Shown here piece by piece: positions 24,532-31,084 of a stretch of 36,353 nt of DNA. A program made the translations under genes and the position numbers. This stretch comes from a bacterium (GTDB lineage Bacteria > Patescibacteriota > Minisyncoccia > Phycocordibacterales > UBA6899), in contig JAYTYM010000016.1 of assembly GCA_043742365.1 (NCBI GenBank), positions 1 through 36,353 of the forward strand, read 5' to 3'. The notes below the pieces were generated by a model that worked only from the letters and a program-made list of their open reading frames with translations, did not search any database and was not told where the DNA came from. The first letter of the stretch is position 1. Each line of letters begins with the position of its first letter.

Positions 24532-24602
24532 TCGGGCTGCAGAGAATCGAACTCTGACCTCATGCTCCCAAAGCAAGCATACTACCACTATACTACAGCC
24601 CG
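24529..24602 (-). tRNA. tRNA-Pro (anticodon UGG), CCA encoded
   Basis: CGGGCUG-UA-GUAU-AGUGGUA-GUAU-G-CUUGC-UUUGGGA-GCAUG-AGGU-CAGAG-UUCGAUU-CUCUG-CAGCCCG-A-CCA. Confidence 0.92.
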
Positions 24603-24682
24603 ATTTATTGACCTTATTATCAACAAAGCGCCCTATTCCGAGCGCTTTGTGAGTATAGCAAGTTTCCCTAGTCCTGCAATGT

Positions 24683-25675
24683 TTAATAATTGCCTTGTGC
24701 CCTTCGCCCTGCTTGAATCTGTATCGCGGCAATATCTTGCGCGCGTTGCTTTTCAAGTTGCGACAACCTACCTTGAGGTCCTTCAGTGCGCTGAGTTGCA
24801 AGAAGTTGGGATTTAGCTGCACTCCACTCTTTCATAACAATGATTTTTTCGTCTGGTTGAGCTCTATCTACTCTGTCTTTAAAAGACTTATTTAGACGCA
24901 TGAGATTGAGTTCTTGCTGTTCCTTTACTGCTTGTAGTTGTTCAGGATTACTATTGATCTCTATCATAAGTCTACTTTTTTCAGTTGCATATCGCGCCTC
25001 AACATCACGCATCTGGTTAACCATTTGTGTGTCATATCCCCCTTCGTTGCCAGCACGCACAACGGCACCGCCGTTATATCGAACCTCCCCGTAGCTAGGA
25101 TAACGCTGTTGAGAGTAAGCACCGCCACCGTATTCAACACTACGCGGAACCACAACAACTTGCTCAGGTGCGCGGACCGTGGGCACCCCTGCGCCTTCAA
25201 GGACACGTACTGTGGCGGCATTTACAGTCCGGTCAATCATAATGCGCATAGCACCACCCATTACTCCCCCAGAATCTCTTCCTGCTTCATATACCTGCTG
25301 GTTTACGCCTCTTTTTACCTGATCACCAAATACCTGTAGAATATTTCCCTGATCGTGAGCACTTGCTTCTTCTGTGTGCGCAAGACCAAGACCCATGCCA
25401 GCAGCCAGAAGCATTGTTGCGACAACACTCGCCCTGGATCGTGATTTTGCTTCACCTTGCGCTTGGGATGCAAGATCGATAAGCATTTCATTTTCATTTC
25501 CGATCGCTAGAGCATTTTGATTGATTTCCTCATTGGTTACTTCGGAATCAAAACTAGACACCTCAATCTCCTCACTTGTTTCGCGTGAAACATTATCTGT
25601 ATCTAAAACATGCGTAACGCCATCTGCAGACTCTCCCACCACAGCGTTATTCAATATTATTGGATTAGTTTCCAT
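24683..25675 (-). CDS. Hypothetical protein with acidic N-terminus, one central TM segment and Gly-rich/coiled-coil C-terminal region
   Basis: 330-aa ORF. TM segment VVATMLLAAGMGLGLA. No recognisable domain. Confidence 0.65.
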   Translation of the reverse strand: METNPIILNNAVVGESADGVTHVLDTDNVSRETSEEIEVSSFDSEVTNEEINQNALAIGNENEMLIDLASQAQGEAKSRSRASVVATMLLAAGMGLGLAHTEEASAHDQGNILQVFGDQVKRGVNQQVYEAGRDSGGVMGGAMRIMIDRTVNAATVRVLEGAGVPTVRAPEQVVVVPRSVEYGGGAYSQQRYPSYGEVRYNGGAVVRAGNEGGYDTQMVNQMRDVEARYATEKSRLMIEINSNPEQLQAVKEQQELNLMRLNKSFKDRVDRAQPDEKIIVMKEWSAAKSQLLATQRTEGPQGRLSQLEKQRAQDIAAIQIQAGRRAQGNY

Positions 25676-25680
25676 GTTTA

Positions 25681-25971
25681 TTATAGTGCATGAGCGGCTA
25701 TTAAATCTTCAACCTCCATTCGCTCTTGTTTTACGATTTCATGAATTTTTTTTAAATTACCCTGCGCATCAAGCTTTTTTTTCAAACTTTTTACAATCAT
25801 ATCAACACCAAATGGATCTTCTTCGCATACTTGAACAAACATTTCGAGCATAACATCTGCGACAAACGGAACTCTACCTATCAACAATTTCTTGTCTGCG
25901 GGAGTAAGGTGTGACTCTTGAATGATAAAAGATGCTTTCTCTACCAATTTTATACGTTCTTGATCGGTCAT
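25681..25971 (-). CDS. Hypothetical small protein (96 aa)
   Basis: ORF 5 nt upstream of the 330-aa gene, likely co-transcribed. No known domain. Confidence 0.6.
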   Translation of the reverse strand: MTDQERIKLVEKASFIIQESHLTPADKKLLIGRVPFVADVMLEMFVQVCEEDPFGVDMIVKSLKKKLDAQGNLKKIHEIVKQERMEVEDLIAAHAL

Positions 25972-26117
25972 ATTTATAAAAACTATATCACATTTTTATT
26001 AAATTGCAAGGTTTAAACAGTTTTATATTGAAAGTATAGCACTTACTGAATTTTCATTAAAAAAATAAATCGTGATTCGGTTTGGCTAAGTAAGTTGTGT
26101 GGGAGCAAGAAACAGCA

Positions 26118-26501
26118 CTAAATGATCAAATCACTGAGCATGTTAACGCTTGCTTGTTTAGAAACTTGATCTAATTGGATTGTAATAACATCGAATTCCC
26201 ACTCATTATCAGCTGGATTTTCATACAAATACACTTCAATGGTCCTTCCAATTCTGAAGAGTTTATGAGAGTGAACATTATCTTCAGGGCGGAACTCGTC
26301 GTTTTCGCCTAAGGTTTTACGTGAAACGGTTTTTACTTCGACAAAATGAAGAATATTGTCTTTTAGACAAATAATATCTATTTCGCCAAATATTTTGAGA
26401 TAATTCCGCTTAATTATTTGGAAACCTTGTTTCACGAGAAACTTACACGCCAAATCTTCGCCAATTGTCCCAATTTGCTGTTTTTCTGTTTTAGTACCCA
26501 T
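26118..26501 (-). CDS. yraN: YraN family (UPF0102) endonuclease-like protein
   Basis: GEDLACKFLVKQGFQIIKRNY..GEIDIICL..HFVEVKT signature. Confidence 0.88.
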   Translation of the reverse strand: MGTKTEKQQIGTIGEDLACKFLVKQGFQIIKRNYLKIFGEIDIICLKDNILHFVEVKTVSRKTLGENDEFRPEDNVHSHKLFRIGRTIEVYLYENPADNEWEFDVITIQLDQVSKQASVNMLSDLII

Positions 26502-26589
26502 TTTTTAGATAATAACACAATTTAATAAAACAGAACTGTATTTTCAGCAAATCATCGCGTTATTCGTGAAACGAGTAGAAGCAGTTGTA

Positions 26590-26616
26590 ATATTATGTTA
26601 CGTAGTAACATAATAT
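26590..26616. repeat. Perfect 12-bp AT-rich inverted repeat with 3-nt spacer
   Basis: atattatgttac-gta-gtaacataatat. Confidence 0.7.
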
Positions 26617-26647
26617 CAAGGACATTAATGGCATTCATCCAGTGTTA

Positions 26648-26737
26648 TGGGGATAAAGCTGTGCACAGTGGGGATAAAGGACAACTCCCAATTTTGTAAA
26701 CTGTCCTTTATAAACAGTATCCACAGGTTTATCCACA
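26648..26737. promoter_or_regulatory. Cluster of four DnaA-box-like 9-mers
   Basis: TGGGGATAA at 26648-26656 and at 26669-26677 (1 mismatch each, one orientation). GTATCCACA at 26717-26725 (1 mismatch). TTATCCACA at 26729-26737 (perfect, opposite orientation). Confidence 0.5.
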
Positions 26738-26794
26738 TAATTGTGCATAACTCTGATTTAGGTGGCAAAAACTGCCATTTAGGTAGTTATTTAG

Positions 26795-26940
26795 TGGTGC
26801 GGGCAGATAGAATCGAACGCACAAGTTACTTAGTATTTTGACGCAAGAGCCTTAAAAATACTAAGTATCCGCGGTCCCACCTCGCTATCTTACAGAGCTT
26901 CGATATAGCTCCGGTCAGTTCGATTCTTCCGTCCCGACGC
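26795..26940 (-). ncRNA. tRNA-Gly-derived minihelix-like element (homolog of 13832..13989); ends ..UGCCCGCACCA
   Basis: The 3' end UUCGAUU-CUAUC-UGCCCGC-A-CCA has the acceptor of the adjacent tRNA-Gly(GCC). AGAAUCGAAC (26918-26927 on plus) complements GUUCGAUUCU (26809-26818 on plus). It shares GAAUCGAACUG, CGAAGCU.UGU.AG and GAGGUGG with the 13.9-kb copy, plus a homologous long hairpin with changed sequence. Confidence 0.55.
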
Positions 26941-26988
26941 AGGCACAAAACAAAAGAACAAGCATTCAGCTTGTTCTTTTGTGTGCCT
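26941..26988. terminator. Long hairpin between tRNA-Gly(GCC) and the minihelix-like element
   Basis: aggcacaaaacaaaagaacaagc-attca-gcttgttcttttgtgtgcct. Confidence 0.6.
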
Positions 26989-26989
26989 G

Positions 26990-27060
26990 TGCGGGCAGGG
27001 AGAATCGAACTCCCATCTTAACCTTGGCAAGGTCATGTTCTACCATTAAACCATGCCCGC
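26990..27060 (-). tRNA. tRNA-Gly (anticodon GCC), CCA not encoded
   Basis: GCGGGCA-UG-GUUU-AAUGGUA-GAAC-A-UGACC-UUGCCAA-GGUUA-AGAU-GGGAG-UUCGAUU-CUCCC-UGCCCGC-A. Confidence 0.93.
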
Positions 27061-27190
27061 AAATAATTTTTTCTTCAAAGACGGCTTTTCGATGGGAGAA
27101 CTTCCAATTCTTACTACTTTCGATCTTGGAATTTAGGTCGCCCCCACTTAGCTCAGCAAAGTTCATATTTTACCATCAAACCATGCCCGC
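27061..27190 (-). ncRNA. Promoter-proximal composite: tRNA-Gly 5' half mimic (27161-27190) plus a CGACCUAAA..UUGGAAGU module, with no T-arm
   Basis: GCGGGCA-UG-GUUU-GAUGGUA-AAAU-A-UGAAC is followed by about 60 nt and then GUUCU, which closes the anticodon-like stem. The module (27098-27140) is flanked by the helix UGGGGG / CUCCCA. Confidence 0.5.
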
Positions 27191-27200
27191 ATGTCGTCAT

Positions 27201-27229
27201 ATACTATCGAATCTTCATTAAAATGGCAA
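27201..27229 (-). promoter_or_regulatory. Candidate promoter for the minus-strand tRNA-Gly(GCC) locus
   Basis: On the minus strand: TTGCCA, 17-nt spacer, TAGTAT, ending about 10 nt before the tRNA-like 5' end. Confidence 0.45.
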
Positions 27230-27306
27230 ACTAAATGCGGCAAAAATCTTGATTCTCGCTTAGAATGCTCTGCATTTGAGTAAATATAGAGTATATTTAT
27301 GGTTAC

Positions 27307-27378
27307 GCTCTCGTAGTGAAATGGATATCACGACTGCCTTCGAAGCAGTTATTCCAGGTTCGAATCCTGGCGGGAGCA
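27307..27378 (+). tRNA. tRNA-Arg (anticodon UCG), CCA not encoded
   Basis: GCUCUCG-UA-GUGA-AAUGGAUA-UCAC-G-ACUGC-CUUCGAA-GCAGU-UAUU-CCAGG-UUCGAAU-CCUGG-CGGGAGC-A. Confidence 0.93.
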
Positions 27379-27513
27379 CAGCGAGTCTTCGAGTTGGCTC
27401 CCGAGGAGCTGAACTGCTTCAGCTCCGACAGGATTCGAAAGACTTTTCGTTGACGATTCCTAGAGTCCGAAAAGTACCTGCCGATGTAATCGGAGAATCC
27501 TGGCGGGAGCACA
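27379..27513 (+). ncRNA. tRNA-Arg-derived minihelix-like element bounded by a 19-nt direct repeat of the tRNA 3' end
   Basis: gaatcctggcgggagcaca occurs at 27362-27380 and 27495-27513. The insert carries GCUCCCG (27397-27403, complement of the acceptor 3' strand) and the hairpin GGAGCUGAA-CUGC-UUCAGCUCC. It also carries CAGGAUUCGAA (27429-27439), the exact complement of the T-loop/T-stem at 27359-27369. Confidence 0.55.
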
Positions 27514-27557
27514 AAAGCGTCTAAAAATGAGAACTGCTTCTCATTTTTAGCTTTTGT
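27514..27557 (+). terminator. Intrinsic terminator after the tRNA-Arg unit
   Basis: CUAAAAAUGAGA-loop-UCUCAUUUUUAG, 12 bp, followed by CUUUUG. Confidence 0.75.
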
Positions 27558-27760
27558 GAGACAGAGTATGTTTTGTTCAGCAGAACGAAACAACGAGTCG
27601 GGGTCGCGGAAATTTTCGAGTGAAGACGAGAAAATTATCTGTGACCTGCGCCCAGATCTCACATATCATAGAATTTCTGACATAACGTTTTAAATGAGGC
27701 CCTTTATGGGCGCTCCTATTTAATGAATTGAGCTTTTGATGACATAATACTATTATCCTC

Positions 27761-29245
27761 ATGCCCCACTTCACCATTCCTGACGAGATAAAAAACATCA
27801 CCAACACCCTACAAAGTGCTGGATTTGAGGCGTACCTCGTTGGTGGGTGCGTGAGAGATCTTTTACGCGCAACTACTCCTAAAGACTGGGATGTGACGAC
27901 AAATGCGAATCCCGAACAGATAATATCCTTATTCACTAAAACATTTTATGAAAACGAATACGGAACAGTGGGTGTGGTTAATGAGTCAATATCTGAGGAC
28001 GAGACAGAAAAACTTTCATTGCGGGTAGTAGAAATTACGCCCTATAGAAAAGAAACTACTTATAGCAACTTTCGTCATCCCGATGAGGTGGTCTTTTCCG
28101 GAAATCTGCATGATGATCTTATGCGCCGCGACTTTACCATGAACGCCATCGCGTATGATGTGAAAAATAATGAGCTTGTTGACCCATACGACGGTCAGGG
28201 TGACATAAAACGTCACTTAATTCGCACTGTGGGAAAGCCTAAAGACCGTTTTAACGAAGATGCTCTGCGCATTATGCGCGCTGTTCGTTTTGGTGCTGAA
28301 CTTGGTTTTGTCATAGAAAAAGAGACCATGGACGCGATAGTCTTGTTCGCACCTCGACTTGAGACTATCGCGGGGGAGCGTCTACGGGATGAGTTCACGA
28401 AGATAATCATGTCAGAACGACCAATGGAAGGGATTATCATGCTCGAACGAACAAAAACCCTCAAATATATCCTGCCTGAGCTTGAACAAGGTCTTGCATG
28501 CGAGCAAAATGGCGACCACATTTATGATGTGTGGGAGCATAACCTCCGCGCACTGCAGCATTCTGCAGAACGAAAGTGGCCGCTGCATGTACGCATTGCA
28601 GCGCTCTTACATGACATTGGGAAGCCTGCGACTCGCAAATGGTCAGAAGAAAAACGCGACTGGACGTTCTATGGTCACGACGTTGTCGGCGGGAGAATGG
28701 CAACGAAGATCCTTGAGCGCCTGCGTTTTCCGAAGCAATTCATTCATGATGTCTCAACGCTCGTGCGCTATCATTTATTCTTTTCTGATATTGAAAAAAT
28801 AACTCTCTCAGCTGTTCGTCGCATTGTTTCTAATGTTGGACCTGAATTAGTATGGGACCTTATGAACGTGCGGGCGTGTGACCGTATTGGGATGGGCAGG
28901 CCAAAGGAAACTCCATATCGATTACGTAAATATCATTCAATGATTGAAGAGGCGATGCGAGACCCTATATCAGTCGGAATGATCAAGCTTGATGGTCAAA
29001 AAATAATGCAAATTACAAAAGAGAGTCCGAGCCCGAGAATCGGCTGGCTCTTGCATGCACTTTTTGAAGAGGTGCTCGAAAATCCCTTATTGAACAGCGA
29101 GGAATATTTGACCGCCCGCACTATAGAACTCGCAAAAGACGACCCTGAGGTACTAAAAAAACTCGGCGAGGCAGGGAAAGAAAAAAAGGATGAGAAAGAG
29201 CAGGGAGAGGTGAATGCAATTCGACAAAAATATCGTGTTAAATAA
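27761..29245 (+). CDS. cca: tRNA nucleotidyltransferase (CCA-adding enzyme family) with HD domain
   Basis: GGCVRDLLR..DWDV polymerase-beta head, RDFTMNA, and HD motif AALLHDIGK. Confidence 0.9.
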   Translation: MPHFTIPDEIKNITNTLQSAGFEAYLVGGCVRDLLRATTPKDWDVTTNANPEQIISLFTKTFYENEYGTVGVVNESISEDETEKLSLRVVEITPYRKETTYSNFRHPDEVVFSGNLHDDLMRRDFTMNAIAYDVKNNELVDPYDGQGDIKRHLIRTVGKPKDRFNEDALRIMRAVRFGAELGFVIEKETMDAIVLFAPRLETIAGERLRDEFTKIIMSERPMEGIIMLERTKTLKYILPELEQGLACEQNGDHIYDVWEHNLRALQHSAERKWPLHVRIAALLHDIGKPATRKWSEEKRDWTFYGHDVVGGRMATKILERLRFPKQFIHDVSTLVRYHLFFSDIEKITLSAVRRIVSNVGPELVWDLMNVRACDRIGMGRPKETPYRLRKYHSMIEEAMRDPISVGMIKLDGQKIMQITKESPSPRIGWLLHALFEEVLENPLLNSEEYLTARTIELAKDDPEVLKKLGEAGKEKKDEKEQGEVNAIRQKYRVK

Positions 29246-29312
29246 GGATATTTTAATTACATTTGATCAGTTAAGATATTTTTGCACAACTTTTTTTATG
29301 CATCAGCACACG

Positions 29313-29348
29313 TTGACAGAACACAAAAGTTCTGTACTGTAAAGACAG
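29313..29348 (+). promoter_or_regulatory. Candidate promoter with overlapping palindromic operators
   Basis: TTGACA at 29313-29318. CAGAAC-N6-GTTCTG at 29317-29334. CTGT-N4-ACAG at 29337-29348. Confidence 0.35.
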
Positions 29349-29403
29349 AGGGACAACAATAAGGTTCATTCTCATTAACTTACATTTTTGAAAGGAGACT
29401 GCT

Positions 29404-30252
29404 ATGTCGCAGATTCTCGAAGTTCCAGATCGTAATTCGTTCGTAGAAAGCGGGTATTACCAGCTTGCGCGTGAGTGGAACGGGGTAGAGCCAAAATGGC
29501 CCGATGATCCTCCCGCTCGGCCGGACATGCTCACCTTGATCGGAAAAAATGGTCACACCACCCAGTATGTCGTGTCATCGACACGCGCGGTGATCATCGG
29601 TCATGAAAAAACATTGACGGGTACTCAGACGGGATTTATCTGCGCTGGAGACGACCGACAAAAGGCGGCATATGTCCTCGGTGGCGGAAAAGTGCAGCCC
29701 GATTACGACGGCGTAAGTAGCGACCGCATCGGAGTGCACGGCCAGAATGAGTCAGTGCGAAATTGTGTGATGAATGAGATCCGCGAGGAACTCGACATCA
29801 CACTCTTGCCCGAAAACTTCTTTCTCTACGGACTGCGGCCCATCACTGAACGTAATGCGGAGGGTGTTGAAACGCAGAAATGCGTCGAAGGCGGCATGGT
29901 CGTGGATGCATGCTTCATTGCCTACGCACCACAAGACCTCGACTACTTCGGTGGGCAAAAAGGTGAGACGCGTGTGCGGCACTTGAAAAGCGGCGGAGAA
30001 TTGCTTCGTCACATTCCACAAGCCGTGCGTGATCGTGAAAAGATTTTGCAACCGCTGATCGAGACGCATCGCATTGCGCTTGCTATGAGCATTCTCACCA
30101 TGAGAGATGTTTTTGGGAATAAACTTCCCGAGGAGATCGCATCGCTTATCGAGCAATCAGAGCAGATTGCAAGGACAACCTTCGATCACTCACGATTCGC
30201 TCGTGGTTTCATGCGCGTTATCCAAGAAGCTCCTTGGCATTTTGCCTCCTGA
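29404..30252 (+). CDS. Hypothetical protein with a degenerate Nudix-box-like segment
   Basis: GVHGQNESVRNCVMNEIREELDI fits G-x5-E-x7-[R>N]E-I-x-EE-x-[G>D]-I. Strong GGAGA RBS. The gene looks more GC-rich than its neighbours by eye. Confidence 0.7.
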   Translation: MSQILEVPDRNSFVESGYYQLAREWNGVEPKWPDDPPARPDMLTLIGKNGHTTQYVVSSTRAVIIGHEKTLTGTQTGFICAGDDRQKAAYVLGGGKVQPDYDGVSSDRIGVHGQNESVRNCVMNEIREELDITLLPENFFLYGLRPITERNAEGVETQKCVEGGMVVDACFIAYAPQDLDYFGGQKGETRVRHLKSGGELLRHIPQAVRDREKILQPLIETHRIALAMSILTMRDVFGNKLPEEIASLIEQSEQIARTTFDHSRFARGFMRVIQEAPWHFAS

Positions 30253-30255
30253 TAC

Positions 30256-30280
30256 AAACCGCACCATATTGGTGCGGTTT
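30256..30280. terminator. Bidirectional terminator
   Basis: aaaccgcacca-tat-tggtgcggttt followed by a T-run. Confidence 0.75.
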
Positions 30281-30281
30281 T

Positions 30282-31049
30282 TTATTTGAGCTCGATCCAG
30301 ACTGGACAATGATCGGAGCCGAATGTACTTGCAGAGATACCCGCTGCTTTAAGTTTGGGCAGAAGTTCAGATGAGACAAAAAAATAATCGATGCGCCAAC
30401 CGACGTTACGTTCGCGCGCGGCGGTCTTCATATCCCAGTAACTGTACGCCCCTTCTTTCCTGGGATAAAAATGACGAAAGGTGTCATGATAGCCTGAATA
30501 AGCAAGCTCATCGATCCATGCGCGCTCTTCAGGAAGAAAGCCAGTGTTGTTTTCGTTTGCCTTGGGGCGTGCGAGATCGATCTCTTCATGCGCAGTATTT
30601 ACATCACCAAAAAACACGACCTGCTTACCTTTTTTGCGTAATCCTTCTATGTACTCCAAGAATGCATCGTAAAAATCAAGTTTATATTTTAAGCGCTCGG
30701 GACCACCGCCCCCATTAGGAAAATAGACATTGAGAACAACCATATCGCCAAAATGTCCAATAATAATACGTCCCTCATCATCAAATTTTTTAATACCTAT
30801 ACCATATTCAACATTATCAGGTTTTGTCCTTGAATAAAGCCCGACACCGCTATATCCCTTTCGTCCTTTTGAGTGCGAAAAGTATCCGTGATAACCGACG
30901 GGGTTGCGAACCTCATCGGGGAGCTGTTCTGCTTCAGCTTTTGTTTCTTGTAAGCCAACGATGTCTGCATTGCTTTCATAAAGCCACAACAAAAAACCTT
31001 TTTTGTGTGCTGCACGCAAGCCGTTCACATTCCATGAGACAAGTTTCAT
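30282..31049 (-). CDS. xth: Exodeoxyribonuclease III (AP endonuclease)
   Basis: 255 aa. MKLVSWNVNGLRA, LQETK, SDHCPV. Confidence 0.95.
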   Translation of the reverse strand: MKLVSWNVNGLRAAHKKGFLLWLYESNADIVGLQETKAEAEQLPDEVRNPVGYHGYFSHSKGRKGYSGVGLYSRTKPDNVEYGIGIKKFDDEGRIIIGHFGDMVVLNVYFPNGGGGPERLKYKLDFYDAFLEYIEGLRKKGKQVVFFGDVNTAHEEIDLARPKANENNTGFLPEERAWIDELAYSGYHDTFRHFYPRKEGAYSYWDMKTAARERNVGWRIDYFFVSSELLPKLKAAGISASTFGSDHCPVWIELK

Positions 31050-31084
31050 GGAAGCATTATAACGTATCGAATATATTTCCTCAT

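Noticed and set aside
24454-24822. ORFs 24454..24816, 24464..24652 and 24481..24822 across tRNA-Pro and element B
   Set aside because: They overlap a canonical tRNA and its terminator hairpin, and overlap each other on both strands. They are non-coding.
26647-27936. ORFs 26647..26841, 26966..27166, 26979..27221, 27276..27524, 27303..27662 and 27577..27936
   Set aside because: They cover the DnaA-box cluster, two tRNA genes, shadow elements and terminators. None has a credible start or domain.
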